Assembly (NCBI GenBank): GCA_964016885.1
Contig: OZ024743.1
Coordinates: 132,122,001 to 132,186,000 of the forward strand
Length of the DNA: 64,000 nucleotides
Reading direction: 5' to 3'
Source of the DNA: Eledone cirrhosa
Taxonomy: Eukaryota
The notes beneath the pieces were generated by a model, which saw nothing but the letters and a program-made list of their open reading frames with translations, did not search any database and was not told the origin of the DNA. A program made the position numbers and the translations under genes. Positions 36,801-50,360 of this stretch are shown in pieces. The number at the start of each line of letters is the position of its first letter. The stretch's first letter is position 1.

Positions 36801-37879
36801 TGCTTGGTGCTTGGGGTTTGGTGTTTGGTGCTTGGTGCTTGGTGTTTGGTGCTTGGTACTTGGTGTTTGGTGCTTGGTGTTTGGTGTTTGCTGTTTGGTG
36901 TTTGGTGTTTGGTGTTTGGTGTTTGCTGTTTGGTGTCTTCTTTTTGGTGTTTGGTGTTTGCTGTATGGTGTTTGCTGTTTCGTGTTTAGTGTTTGCTGTT
37001 TGGTGTTTGGTGATTGGTGCTTGGTGTTTGGTGCTTGGTGCTTGGTGCTGGGTGGTTGGTGTTTGGTGCTTGGTGTTTGGTGCTGGGTGCTTGGTGTTTG
37101 GTGCTTGGTGCTTGGTGTTTGTTGCTTGGTGTTTGGTGTTTGGTGCTTGGTGCTTGGTGTTTGGTGCTTGGTGCCTGGTGTTTGGTGCTTGGTGCTTAGT
37201 GTTTGGTGCTAGATGCTTGGGGTTTGGTGTTTGGTGCTTGGTGTTTGGTGCTTGTTGCTTGGTGTTTGGTGTTTGGTGTTTGGTGCTTGGTGCTTGGTAT
37301 TTGGTGTTTGATGTTTGCTGTTTGGTGTTTGTTGTTTGGTGTTTGTTGTTTGGTGTTTGCTGTTTGGTGTTTGGTGTTTGGTGTTTGTTGTTTGGTGTCT
37401 GCTTTTTGGTGTTTGGTGTTTGCTGTATGTTGTTTGCTGTTTGGTGTTTGGTGTTTGGTATTTGGTGTTTGGTGCTTGGTGCTTGGTGTTTGGTGCTTGG
37501 ATCTTGGTGTTTGGTGCCTGGTGCTTGGTGCTTGGTGTTTGGTGTTTGGTGCTTGGTGCTTGGTGCTTGGAGTTTGGTGTTTGGTGCTTGTTGCTTGGTG
37601 TTTTGTGTTTGGTGTTTGGTTTTTGGTGCTTGGTGCTTGGTGCTTGGTCCTTGGTGTTTGGTGCTGGGTGCTTTGTGTTTGGTGCTTGGTGCTTCGTGCT
37701 TGGTGTTTGGTCTTTGCTGCTTGGTGTTTGGTGCTTGGTGCTTGGTGCTTGGTGTTTTGAGTTTGGTGCTTGGTGCTTGGTGTTTGGTGCTTGGTGCTTG
37801 GTGCTTGGTGTTTGTACTTGGTGCTTGGTGCTTGGTGTTTGGTTCTTGGTTCTTGGTGTTTGGTACTTGGTGCTTGGTG

Positions 37880-40800
37880 CTTGGTGTTTGGAGCTTGGTG
37901 CTTGGTGTTTGGTGCTTGGTGCTTGGTGTTTGTACTTGGTGCTTGGTGCTTGGTGTTTGGTGCTTGGTTCTTGGTGTTTGGTGCTTGGTGTTTGGAGCTT
38001 GGTGCTTGGTGTTTGGTGCTTGGTGCTTGGTGTTTGGTGTTTGGTGCTTGGTGCTAGGTGTTTGGTGCTTGGTGCTTGGTGTTTGGTGTTTGGTTCTTGG
38101 TGCTTGGTATTTGGTGCTTGGTGTTTGCTGTTTGGTGCTAGATGCTTGGTGCTTGGTGTTTGGTGTTTGGTGTTTGGTGTTTGGTGCTTCGTGCTTGGGG
38201 TTTGGTGTTTGGTGCTTGGTGCTTGGTGCTTGGTCTTTGGTGCTTGGTGCTTGGTGTTTGGTGTTTCGTGTTTGGTGCTTGGTGTTTGGTGCTTGGTGCT
38301 TGGTGCTGGGTGGTTGGTATTTGGTGCTTGGTGCTTGGTGTTTGGTGCTTGGTGCTTGGTGCTTGGTGTTTGGTGCTTGGTGCTTGGTGTTTGTTGTTTG
38401 GTGCTTTCTGCTTGCTGCTTGGTGTTTGGTGCTTGGTCATTGGTGCTTGGTGTTTGGTGCTTGGTGCTTGGTGTTTGCTGTTTGGTGCTAGATGCTTGGT
38501 GCTTGGTGTTTGGTGTTTGGTGTTTGGTGTTTGGTGCTTCGTGCTTGGGGTTTGGTGTTTGGTGCTTGGTGCTTGGTGCTTGGTCTTTGGTGCTTGGTGC
38601 TTGGTGTTTGGTGTTTCGTGTTTGGTGCTTGGTGCTTGGTGTTTGGTGCTTGGTGCTTGGTGCTGGGTGGTTGGTATTTGGTGCTTGGTGCTTGGTGTTT
38701 GGTGCTTGGTGCTTGGTGCTTGGTGTTTGGTGCTTGGTGCTTGGTGCTTGGTCTTTGGTGCTTGGTGTTTGGTGTTTGGTGCTTGGTGCTTGGTGCTTGG
38801 TGTTTGGTGCTTGGTGATTAGTGTTTGGTGCTTGGTGCTTGGGGTTTGGTGTTTGGTGCTTGGTGCTTGGTGTTTGGTGCTTGGTACTTGGTGTTTGGTG
38901 CTTGGTGTTTGGTGTTTGCTGTTTGGTGTTTGGTGTTTGGTGTTTGGTGTTTGCTGTTTGGTGTCTGCTTTTTGGTGTTTGGTGTTTGCTGTATGGTGTT
39001 TGCTGTTTCGTGTTTGGTGTTTGCTCTTTGGTGTTTGGTGTTTGCTGTTAGGTGTTTGGTCTTTGGTGCTTGGTGTTTGGTGCTTGGTGTTTGGTGTTTG
39101 GTGCTTGGTGCTTGGTGTTTGGTGTTTGGTGCTTGGTGCTTGGTGCTTGGTGTTTGGTGTTTGGTGCTTGGTGTTTGGTGTTTGGTGTTTGGTGCTTGGT
39201 GTTTGGTGTTTGGTGCCTGGTGTTTGGTGTTTATTGCTTGTTGCTTGGTGCTTGGTGCTTGGTGTTTGGTGTTTGGTGCTTGGGGTTTGGTGCTGGGTGC
39301 TTGGTGTTTGGTGCTTGGTGCTTGGTGCTTGGTGCTTGGTGTTTCGTGTTTGGTGCTGGGTGCTTGGTGTTTGGTGTTTGGTGTTATATGCTTGGTGTTT
39401 GATGCTTGGTGCTTGGTGCTTGGTGTTAGGTGTTTGGAGCTTGGTGTTTGATGCTTGGTGTTTAATGCTTGGTGCTTGGTACTAGGTGTTTGGTGCTTGG
39501 TGCTTGGTGTTTGTACTTGGTGCTTGGTGCTTGGTTCTTGGTGTTTGGTGCTTGGTGCTTGGTGCTTGGTGCTTTGTGTTTGGTGCTTGGTGTTTGGTGC
39601 TTGGTGTTTGGTGCTTGGTGCCTGCTGCTTGGTGCTTGGTGTTTGGTGCTTGGTGTTTGGGGCTTGGTGTTAGGTGTTTGGTGCTTGGTGCTTGGTGTTT
39701 GGTGTTTGGTGCTTGGTGTTTGGTGCTTGGTGCTTGGTGTTTGGTGTTTGGTCCTTGGTGTTTGGTGCTTGGTACTTGGTGCTTGGTGCTTGGTGTTATG
39801 TGTTTGGTGCTTGGTGCTTGGTGTTTGGTTTTTGGTGCTTGGTGTTTGGTGCTTGGTGTTTGGTGTTTGGTGCTAGGTGCTTGGTGCTTGGTGTTTGGTG
39901 CTTGGTGCTTGGTGTTTGGTGTTTGGTGTTTGGTGCTTGGTGCTTGGTGTTTGGTGCTTGGTGCTTGGTGCTGGGTGGTTGGTGTTTGGTGCTTGGTGTT
40001 TGGTGCTGGGTGCTTGGTGTTTGGTGCTTGGTGTTTGGTGCTTGGTGTTTGGTGTTTGGTGCTTGGTGCTTGGTGTTTGGTGCTTGGTTCTTGGTGTTTG
40101 CTGTTTGGTGTTTGGTGTTTGGTATTTGGTGTTTGGTGCTTGGTGCTTGATGTTTGGTGCTTGGTGCTTGGTGTTTGGTGCCTGGTGCTTGGTGCTTGGT
40201 GTTTGGTGTTTGGTGCTTGGTGCTTGGTGCTTGGAGTTTGATGCTTGGTGTTTGATGCTTGGTGCTTGGTACTAGGTGTTTGGTGCTTGGTGCTTGGTGT
40301 TTGTACTTGGTGCTTGGTGCTTGGTTCTTGGTGTTTGGTGCTTGGTGCTTGGTGCTTGGTGCTTTGTGTTTGGTGCTTGGTGTTTGGTGCTTGGTGTTTG
40401 GTGCTTGGTGCCTGCTGCTTGGTGCTTGGTGTTTGGTGCTTGGTGTTTGGGGCTTGGTGTTAGGTGTTTGGTGCTTGGTGCTTGGTGTTTGGTGTTTGGT
40501 GCTTGGTGTTTGGTGCTTGGTGCTTGGTGTTTGGTGTTTGGTCCTTGGTGTTTGGTGCTTGGTACTTGGTGCTTGGTGCTTGGTGTTATGTGTTTGGTGC
40601 TTGGTGCTTGGTGTTTGGTTTTTGGTGCTTGGTGTTTGGTGCTTGGTGTTTGGTGTTTGGTGCTAGGTGCTTGGTGCTTGGTGTTTGGTGCTTGGTGCTT
40701 GGTGTTTGGTGTTTGGTGTTTGGTGCTTGGTGCTTGGTGTTTGGTGCTTGGTGCTTGGTGCTGGGTGGTTGGTGTTTGGTGCTTGGTGTTTGGTGCTGGG

Positions 40801-43800
40801 TGCTTGGTGTTTGGTGCTTGGTGTTTGGTGCTTGGTGTTTGGTGTTTGGTGCTTGGTGCTTGGTGTTTGGTGCTTGGTTCTTGGTGTTTGGTGCTTGGTG
40901 CTTAGTGTTTGGTGCTAGATGCTTGGGGTTTGGTGTTTGGTGCTTGGCGTTTGGTGCTTGGTGCTTGGTGTTTGGTGTTTGGTGTTTGGTGCTTGGTGCT
41001 TGGTATTTGGTGTTTGTTGTTTGGTGTTTGGTGTTTGCTGTTTGGTGTCTGCTTTTTGGTGTTTGGTGTTTGCTGTATGTTGTTTGCTGTTTGGTGTTTG
41101 GTGTTTGGTATTTGGTGTTTGGTGCTTGGTGCTTGGTGTTTGGTGCTTGGTGCTTGGTGTTTGGTGCCTGGTGCTTGGTGCTTGGTGTTTGGTGCTTGTT
41201 GCTTGGTGTCTTGTGTTTGGTGTTTGGTGCTTGGTGCTTGGTGTTTGGTGCTTTGTGCTTGGTGCTTGGTGTTTGTACTTGGTGCTTGGTGCTTGGTGTT
41301 TGGTTCTTGGTTCTTGGTGTTTGGTACTTGGTGCTTGGTGCTTGGTGTTTGGTGCTTGGTGTTTGGTGCTTGTTGCTTGGTGTTTGGTGCTTGGTGTTTG
41401 GTGTTTGGTGCTTGGTGCTTGGTGTTTGGTGTTTGGTGTTTGGTGTTTGCTGTTTGGTGTTTGGTGTTTGCTGTTTGCTGTTTGGTGTCTGCTTTTTGGT
41501 GTTTGGTGTTTGCTGTATGGTGTTTGCTGTTTTGGTGTTTGGTGTTTGCTGTTTGGTGTTTGGTCTTTGGTGCTTGGTGTTTGGTGTTTGGTGCTTGGTG
41601 CTTGGTGCTTGGTGTTTGGTGTTTGGTGCTTGGTGTCTGGTGCTTGGTGTTTGGTGTTTGGTGCTTGGTGTTTGGTGTTTGGTGTTTGGTGCTTGGTGCT
41701 TGGTGTTTGGTGTTTGGTGCTTGGTGTTTGGTGTTTGGTGCTTGTTGCTTGGTGCTTGGTGCTTGGTGTTTGGTGCTTGGTGCTTGGTGTTTGGTGCTGG
41801 GTGCTGGGTGCTTGGTGTTTGGTGCTTGGTGCTTGGTGCTTGGTGTTTGGTGCTTGGTGCTTTGTGCTTGGTCTTTGGTGCTTGGTGTTTGCTGTTTGGT
41901 GCTTGGTGCTTGGTGCTTGGTGTTTGGTGCTTGGTGATTAGTGTTTGGTGCTTGGTGCTTGGGGTTTGGTGTTTGGTGCTTGGTGCTTGGTGTTTGGTGC
42001 TTGGTACTTGGTGTTTGGTGCTTGCTGTTTGGTGTTTGCTGTTTGGTGTCTGCTTTTTGGTGTTTGGTGTTTGCTGTATGGTGTTTGCTGTTTCGCGTTT
42101 GGTGTTTGCTGTTTGGTGTTTGGTGCTTGGTGCTTGGTGTTTGGTGCTTGGTGTTTGGTGCTTGGTGCTTGGTGTTTGTACTTGGTGCTTGGTGCTTGGT
42201 GCTTGGTGCTGGGTGGTTGGTGTTTGGTGCTTGGTGTTTGGTGCTGGGTGCTTGGTGTTTGGTGCTTGGTGCTTGGTGTTTGGTGCTTGGTGTTTGGTGT
42301 TTGGTGCTTGGTGCTTGGTGTTTGGTGCTTGGTGCTTGGTGTTTGGTGCTTGGTGCTTAGTGTTTGGTTCTAGGTGCTTGGGGTTTGGTGTTTGGTGCTT
42401 GGTGTTTGGTGCTTGGTGCTTGGTGTTTGGTGTTTGGTGTTCGGTGCTTGGTGCTTGGTATTTGGTGTTTGATGTTTGCTCTTTGGTGTTTGTTGTTTGG
42501 TGTTTGTTGTTTGGTGTTTGCTGTTTGGTGTTTGGTGTTTGGTGTTTGCTGTTTGGTGTCTGCTTTTTGGTGTTTGGTGTTATATGCTTGGTGTTTGATG
42601 CTTGGTGCTTGGTGCTTGGTGTTTGGTGTTTGGTGCTTGGTGTTTGATGCTTGGTGTTTGATGCTTGGTGCTTGGTGCTTGGTGTTTGGTGCTTGGTGCT
42701 TGGTGTTTGTACTTGGTGCTTGGTGCTTGGTTCTTGGTGTTTGGTGCTTGGTGCTTGGTGCTTTGTGTTTGGTGCTTGGTGTTTGGTGCTTGGTGTTTGG
42801 TGCTTGGTGCCTGCTGCTTGATGCTTGGTGTTTGGTGTTTGGTGTTTGGTGCTTGGTGTTAGGTGTTTGGTGCTTGGTGCTTGGTGTTTGGTGTTTGGTG
42901 CTTGGTGTTTGGTGCTTGGTGCTTGGTGTTTGGTGTTTGGTGCTTGGTGTTTGGTGCTTGGTACTTGGTGCTTGGTGCTTGGTGTTAGGTGTTTGGTGCT
43001 TGGTGCTTGGTGTTTGGTTTTTGGTGCTTGGTGCTTGGTGTTTGGTGTTTGGTGCTTGCTGCTGGCTGCTTGGTGCTTGGTGATTGGTGCTTGGTGTTTG
43101 GTGCTTGGTGTTTGGTGTTTGGTGCTAGGTGCTTGGTGCTTGGTGTTTGGTGCTTGGTGCTTGGTGTTTGGTGTTTGGTGTTTGGTGCTTGGTGCTTGGT
43201 GTTTGGTGCTTGGGGCTTGGTGCTGGGTGGTTGGTGTTTGGTGCTTGGTGTTTGGTGCTGGGTGCTTGGTGTTTGGTGCTTGGTGCTTGGTGTTTGGTGC
43301 TTGGTGTTTGGTGTTTGGTGCTTGGTGCTTGGTGTTTGGTGCTTGGTGCTTGGTGTTTGGTGCTTGGTGCTTAGTGTTTGGTGCTAGGTGCTTGGGGTTT
43401 GATGTTTGGTGCTTGGTGTTTGGTGCTTGGTGCTTGGTGTTTGGTGTTTGGTGTTTGGTGCTTGGTGCTTGGTATTTGGTGTTTGCTGTTTGCTGTTTGG
43501 TGTTTGTTGTTTGGTGTTTGTTGTTTGGTGTTTGCTGTTTGGTGTTTGCTGCTTGGTGTTTGGTGCTTGGTGCTTGATGCTTGGTGTTTTGTGTTTGGTG
43601 CTTGGTGCTTGGTGTTTGGTGCTTGGTGCTTGGTTCTAGGTGTTTGTACTTGGTGCTTGGTGTTTGGTGCTTGGTGCTTGGTGCTTGGTGTTTGGTGTTT
43701 GGTGCTTGGTTCTTGGTGCTTGGAGTTTGGTGTTTGGTGCATGTTGCTTGGTGTTTGGTGCTTGGTGCTTTGTGCTTGGTGTTTGGTGTTTGCTGCTTGG

Positions 43801-46800
43801 TGTTTGGTGCTTGGTGCTTGGTGCTTGGTGTTTTGAGTTTGGTGCTTGGTGCTTGGTGTTTGGTGCTTGGTGCTTGGTGCTTGGTGTTTGTACTTGGTGC
43901 TTGGTGCTTGGTGTTTGGTTCTTGGTTCTTGGTGTTTGGTACTTGGTGCTTGGTGCTTGGTGCTTGGTGTTTGGTGCTTGGTGTTTGGTGCTTGTTGCTT
44001 GGTGTTTGGTGCTTGGTGTTTGGTGTTTGGTGCTTGGTGCTTGGTGTTTGGTGTTTGGTGTTTGCTGTTTGCTGTTTGGTGTTTGGTGTTTGCTGTTTGC
44101 TGTTTGGTGTCTGCTTTTTGGTGTTTGGTGTTTGCTGTATGGTGTTTGCTGTTTTGGTGTTTGGTGTTTGCTGTTTGGTGTTTGGTCTTTGGTGCTTGGT
44201 GTTTGGTGCTTGGTGCTTGGTGTTTGGTGTTTGGTGCTTGGTGTTTGGTGTTTGGTGTTTGGTGCTTGGTGCTTGGTGCTTGGTGTTTGGTGTTTGGTGT
44301 TTGGTGCTTGGAGTCTGGTGCTTGGTGCTTGGTGTTTGGTGCTTGGTGTTTGGTGTTTGGTGTTTGGTGCTTGGTGCTTGGTGCTTGGTGTTTGGTGTTT
44401 GGTGCTTGGTGTTTGGTGTTTGGTGCTTGTTGCTTGGTGCTTGGTGCTTGGTGTTTGGTGCTTGGGGCTTGGTGTTTGGTGCTGGGTGCTGGGTGCTTGG
44501 TGTTTGGTGCTTGGTGTTTGGTGCTTGGTGTTTGGTGCTTGGTGCTTGGTGCTTGGTCTTTGGTGCTTGGTGTTTGCTGTTTGGTGCTTGGTGCTTGGTG
44601 CTTCGTGTTTGGTGCTTGGTGATTAGTGTTTGGTGCTTGGTGCTTGGGGTTTGGTGTTTGGTGCTTGGTGCTTGGTGTTTGGTGCTTGGTGCTTGGTGTT
44701 TGGTGCTTGGTGTTTGGTGCTTGGTGCTTGGTGTTTGTACTTGGTGCTTGGTGCTTGGTGCTTGGTGCTGGGTGGTTGGTGTTTGGTGCTTGGTGTTTGG
44801 TGCTGGGTGCTTGGTGTTTGGTGCTTGGTGCTTGGTGTTTGGTGCTTGGTGTTTGGTGTTTGGTGCTTGGTGCTTGGTGTTTGGTGTTGGTGCTTGGTGT
44901 TTGGTGCTTGGTGCTTAGTGTTTGGTTCTAGGTGCTTGGGGTTTGGTGTTTGGTGCTTGGTGTTTGGTGCTTGGTGCTTGGTGTTTGGTGTTTGGTGTTC
45001 GGTGCTTGGTGCTTGGTATTTGGTGTTTGATGTTTGCTGTTTGGTGTTTGTTGTTTGGTGTTTGTTGTTTGGTGTTTGCTGTTTGGTGTTTGGTGTTTGG
45101 TGTTTGCTGTTTGGTGTCTGCTTTTTGGTGTTTGGTGTTATATGCTTGGTGTTTGATGCTTGGTGCTTGGTGCTTGGTGTTTGGTGTTTGGTGCTTGGTG
45201 TTTGATGCTTGGTGTTTGATGCTTGGTGCTTGGTGCTTGGTGTTTGGTGCTTGGTGCTTGGTGTTTGTACTTGGTGCTTGGTGCTTGGTTCTTGGTGTTT
45301 GGTGCTTGGTGCTTGGTGCTTTGTGTTTGGTGCTTGGTGTTTGGTGCTTGGTGTTTGGTGCTTGGTGCCTGCTGCTTGGTGCTTGGTGTTTGGTGTTTGG
45401 TGTTTGGTGCTTGGTGTTAGGTGTTTGGTGCTTGGTGCTTGGTGTTTGGTGTTTGGTGCTTGGTGTTTGGTGCTTGGTGCTTGGTGTTTGGTGTTTGGTG
45501 CTTGGTGTTTGGTGCTTGGTACTTGGTGCTTGGTGCTTGGTGTTAGGTGTTTGGTGCTTGGTGCTTGGTGTTTGGTTTTTGGTGCTTGGTGCTTGGTGTT
45601 TGGTGTTTGGTGCTTGCTGCTGGCTGCTTGGTGCTTGGTGTTTGGTGCTTGGTGCTTGGTGTTTGGTGTTTGGTGTTTGGTGCTTGGTGCTTGGTGTTTG
45701 GTGCTTGGGGCTTGGTGCTGGGTGGTTGGTGTTTGGTGCTTGGTGTTTAGTGCTGGGTGCTTGGTGTTTGGTGCTTGGTGCTTGGTGTTTGGTGCTTGGT
45801 GTTTGGTGTTTGGTGCTTGGTGCTTGATGTTTGGTGCTTGGTGCTTGGTGTTTGGTGCTTGGTGCTTAGTGTTTGGTGCTAGGTGCTTGGGGTTTGATGT
45901 TTGGTGCTTGGTGTTTGGTGCTTGGTGCTTGGTGTTTGGTGTTTGGTGTTTGGTGCTTGGTGCTTGGTATTTGGTGTTTGCTGTTTGCTGTTTGGTGTTT
46001 GTTGTTTGGTGTTTGTTGTTTGGTGTTTGCTGTTTGGTGTTTGCTGCTTGGTGTTTGGTGCTTGGTGCTTGATGCTTGGTGTTTTGTGTTTGGTGCTTGG
46101 TGCTTGGTGTTTGGTGCTTGGTGCTTGGTTCTAGGTGTTTGTACTTGGTGCTTGGTGTTTGGTGCTTGGTGCTTGGTGCTTGGTGTTTGGTGTTTGGTGC
46201 TTGGTTCTTGGTGCTTGGAGTTTGGTGTTTGGTGCATGTTGCTTGGTGTTTGGTGCTTGGTGCTTTGTGCTTGGTGTTTGGTGTTTGCTGCTTGGTGTTT
46301 GGTGCTTGGTGCTTGGTGCTTGGTGTTTTGAGTTTGGTGCTTGGTGCTTGGTGTTTGGTGCTTGGTGCTTGGTGCTTGGTGTTTGGTGCTTGTTGCTTGG
46401 TGTTTGGTGCTTGGTTTTTGGTGTTTGGTGCTTGGTGCTTGGTGTTTGGTGTTTGGTGTTTGCTGTTTGCTGTTTGGTGTTTGGTGTTTGCTGTTTGCTG
46501 TTTGGTGTCTGCTTTTTGGTGTTTGGTGTTTGCTGTATGGTGTTTGCTGTTTTGGTGTTTGGTGTTTGCTGTTTGGTGTTTGGTCTTTGGTGCTTGGTGT
46601 TTGGTGCTTGGTGCTTGGTGTTTGGTGTTTGGTGCTTGGTGTTTGGTGTTTGGTGTTTGGTGCTTGGTGCTTGGTGCTTGGTGTTTGGTGTTTGGTGTTT
46701 GGTGCTTGGTGTCTGGTGCTTGGTACTTGGTGTTTGGTGCTTGGTGTTTGGTGTTTGGTGTTTGGTGCTTGGTGCTTGGTGTTTGGTGTTTGGTGCTTGG

Positions 46801-48110
46801 TGTTTGGTGTTTGGTGCTTGTTGCTTGGTGCTTGGTGCTTGGTGTTTGGTGCTTGGGGCTTGGTGTTTGGTGCTGGGTGCTGGGTGCTTGGTGTTTGGTG
46901 CTTGGTGTTTGGTGCTTGGTGTTTGGTGCTTGGTGCTTGGTGCTTGGTCTTTGGTGCTTGGTGTTTGCTGTTTGGTGCTTGGTGCTTGGTGCTTCGTGTT
47001 TGGTGCTTGGTGATTAGTGTTTGGTGCTTGGTGCTTGGGGTTTGGTGTTTGGTGCTTGGTGCTTGGTGTTTGGTGCTTGGTACTTGGTGTTTGGTGCTTG
47101 GTGTTTGGTGTTTGCTGTTTGGTGTTTGGTGTTTGGTGTTTGGTGTTTGCTGTTTGGTGTCTTCTTTTTGGTGTTTGGTGTTTGCTGTATGGTGTTTGCT
47201 GTTTCGTGTTTAGTGTTTGCTGTTTGGTGTTTGGTGATTGGTGCTTGGTGTTTGGTGCTTGGTGCTTGGTGCTGGGTGGTTGGTGTTTGGTGCTTGGTGT
47301 TTGGTGTTGGGTGCTTGGTGTTTGGTGCTTGGTGCTTGGTGTTTGGTGCTTGGTGTTTGGTGTTTGGTGCTTGGTGCTTGGTGTTTGGTGCTTGGTGCCT
47401 GGTGTTTGGTGCTTGGTGCTTAGTGTTTGGTGCTAGATGCTTGGGGTTTGGTGTTTGGTGCTTGGTGTTTGGTGCTTGTTGCTTGGTGTTTGGTGTTTGG
47501 TGTTTGGTGCTTGGTGCTTGGTATTTGGTGTTTGATGTTTGCTGTTTGGTGTTTGTTGTTTGGTGTTTGTTGTTTGGTGTTTGCTGTTTGGTGTTTGGTG
47601 TTTGGTGTTTGCTGTTTGGTGTCTGCTTTTTGGTGTTTGGTGTTTGCTGTATGTTGTTTGCTGTTTGGTGTTTGGTGTTTGGTATTTGGTGTTTGGTGCT
47701 TGGTGCTTGGTGTTTGGTGCTTGGATCTTGGTGTTTGGTGCCTGGTGCTTGGTGCTTGGTGTTTGGTGTTTGGTGCTTGGTGCTTGGTGCTTGGAGTTTG
47801 GTGTTTGGTGCTTGTTGCTTGGTGTTTTGTGTTTGGTGTTTGGTTTTTGGTGCTTGGTGCTTGGTGCTTGGTCCTTGGTGTTTGGTGCTGGGTGCTTTGT
47901 GTTTGGTGCTTGGTGCTTCGTGCTTGGTGTTTGGTCTTTGCTGCTTGGTGTTTGGTGCTTGGTGCTTGGTGCTTGGTGTTTTGAGTTTGGTGCTTGGTGC
48001 TTGGTGTTTGGTGCTTGGTGCTTGGTGCTTGGTGTTTGTACTTGGTGCTTGGTGCTTGGTGTTTGGTTCTTGGTTCTTGGTGTTTGGTACTTGGTGCTTG
48101 GTGCTTGGTG
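37880..48110 (+). repeat. About 10.2 kb tandem segmental duplication, copy 2 (lacks 231 bp = 33 monomers near 40.1 kb)
   Basis: Shares rare markers with copy 1: TTTAATGC, GGTACTAGG (39478/40268 vs 29123/30144), TTCGCGT, GGAGTCTGG, GTCTTCTTT, GGATCTT. Confidence 0.93.
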
Positions 48111-50360
48111 TTTGGTGTTTGGTGCTTGGTGTTTGGTGCTTGTTGCTTGGTGTTTGGTGCTTGGTGTTTGGTGTTTGGTGCTTGGTGCTTGGTGTTTGGT
48201 GTTTGGTGTTTGCTGTTTGCTGTTTGGTGTTTGGTGTTTGCTGTTTGCTGTTTGGTGTCTGCTTTTTGGTGTTTGGTGTTTGCTGTTTGGTGTTTGGTCT
48301 ATGGTGTTTGGTTTTTGGTGCTTGGTGCTTGGTGTTTGGTGTTTGGTGCTTGCTGCTGGCTGCTTGGTGCTTGGTGATTGGTGCTTGGTGTTTTGTTCTT
48401 GGTGTTTGGTGTTTGGTGCTAGGTGCTTGGTGCTTGGTGTTTGGTGCTTGGTGCTTGGTGTTTGGTGTTTGATGTTTGGTGCTTGGTGCTTGGTGTTTGG
48501 TGCTTGGTGCTTGGTGCTTGGTGCTTGGTGTTTGGTGCTTGGTGTTTGGTGCTGGGTGCTTGGTGTTTGGTGCTTGGTGCTTGGTGTTTGGTGCTTGGTG
48601 TTTGGTGTTTGGTGCTTGGTGCTTGGTGTTTGGTGGTTGGTGCTTGGTGTTTGGTGCTTGGTGCTTAGTGTTTGGTGCTTGGTGCTTGGTGTTTGGTGTT
48701 TGGTGTTTGGTGCTTGGTGCTTGGTATTTGGTGTTTGCTGTTTGCTGTTTGGTGTTTGTTGTTTGGTGTTTGTTGTTTGGTGTTTGCTGTTTGGTGTTTG
48801 CTGCTTGGTGTTTGGTGCTTGGTGCTTGATGCTTGGTGTTTTGTGTTTGGTGCTTGGTGCTTGGTGTTTGGTGCTTGGTGCTTGGTTCTAGGTGTTTGTA
48901 CTTGGTGCTTGGTGTTTGGTGCTTGGTGCTTGGTGCTTGGTGTTTGGTGCTTGGTGCTTGGTGCTTGGTGTTTGGTGTTTGGTGCTTGGTTCTTGGTGCT
49001 TGGAGTTTGGTGTTTGGTGCATGTTGCTTGGTGTTTGGTGCTTGGTGCTTTGTGCTTGGTGTTTGGTGTTTGCTGCTTGGTGTTTGGTGCTTGGTGCTTG
49101 GTGCTTGGTGTTTTGAGTTTGGTGCTTGGTGCTTGGTGTTTGGTGCTTGGTGCTTGGTGCTTGGTGTTTGTACTTGGTGCTTGGTGCTTGGTGTTTGGTT
49201 CTTGGTTCTTGGTGTTTGGTACTTGGTGCTTGGTGCTTGGTGCTTGGTGTTTGGTGCTTGGTGTTTGGTGCTTGTTGCTTGGTGTTTGGTGCTTGGTGTT
49301 TGGTGTTTGGTGCTTGGTGCTTGGTGTTTGGTGTTTGGTGTTTGCTGTTTGCTGTTTGGTGTTTGGTGTTTGCTGTTTGGTGTTTGGTGTTTGGTGTTTG
49401 GTGTTTGCTGTTTGGTGTCTGCTTTTTGGTGTTTGGTGTTTGCTGTATGGTGTTTGCTGTTTCGTGTTTAGTGTTTGCTGTTTGGTGTTTGGTGCTTGGT
49501 GCTTGGTGTTTGGTGTTTGGTGTTTGGTATTTGGTGTTTGGTGCTTGGTGCTTGGTGTTTGGTGGTTGGATCTTGGTGTTTGGTGCCTGGTGCTTGGTGC
49601 TTGGTGTTTGGTGTTTGGTGCTTGGTGCTTGGTGCTTGGAGATTGGTGTTTGGTGCTTGTTGCTTGGTGTTTTGTGTTTGGTGTTTGGTTTTTGGTGCTT
49701 GGTGCTTGGTGCTTGGTCCTTGGTGTTTGGTGCTGGGTGCTTTGTGTTTGGTGCTTGGTGCTTCGTGCTTGGTGTTTGGTCTTTGCTGCTTGGTGTTTGG
49801 TGCTTGGTGCTTGGTGCTTGGTGTTTTGAGTTTGGTGCTTGGTGCTTGGTGTTTGGTGCTTGGTGCTTGGTGCTTGGTGTTTGGTGTTTGGTGCTTGGTG
49901 CTTGGTGTTTGGTGTTTGGTGTTTGCTGTTTGCTGTTTGGTGTTTGGTGTTTGCTGTTTGGTGTTTGGTCTTTGGTGTTTGGTTTTTGGTGCTTGGTGCT
50001 TGGTGTTTGGTGTTTGGTGCTTGCTGCTGGCTGCTTGGTGCTTGGTGATTGGTGCTTGGTGTTTGGTGCTTGGTGTTTGGTGTTTGGTGCTAGGTGCTTG
50101 GTGCTTGGTGTTTGGTGCTTGGTGCTTCGTGTTTGGTGTTTGGTGTTTGGTGCTTGGTGCTTGGTGTTTGGTGCTTGGTGCTTGGTGCTTGGTGCTGGGT
50201 GGTTGGTGTTTGGTGCTTGGTGTTTGGTGCTGGGTGCTTGGTGTTTGGTGCTTGGTGCTTGGTGTTTGGTGCTTGGTGTTTGGTGTTTGGTGCTTGGTGC
50301 TTGGTGTTTGGTGGTTGGTGCTTGGTGTTTGGTGCTTGGTGCTTAGTGTTTGGTGCTAGG
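46800..50360 (+). repeat. Segment recurring about 13 kb downstream (copy 1)
   Basis: Offset 12953 for ORFs 47017/59970, 47427/60380, 48423/61376 and 49126/62079. Offset 13639 for 49475/63114 and 49839/63478. Confidence 0.9.

Larger units (their letters stand above)
27520..37880 (+). repeat. About 10.2 kb tandem segmental duplication, copy 1
   Basis: ORF offsets 10348 (27794/38142), 10355 (28466/38821, 29100/39455), 10124 (30340/40464 through 34798/44922), 10152 (35714/45866) and 10224 (36793/47017, 37770/47994). Confidence 0.93.
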
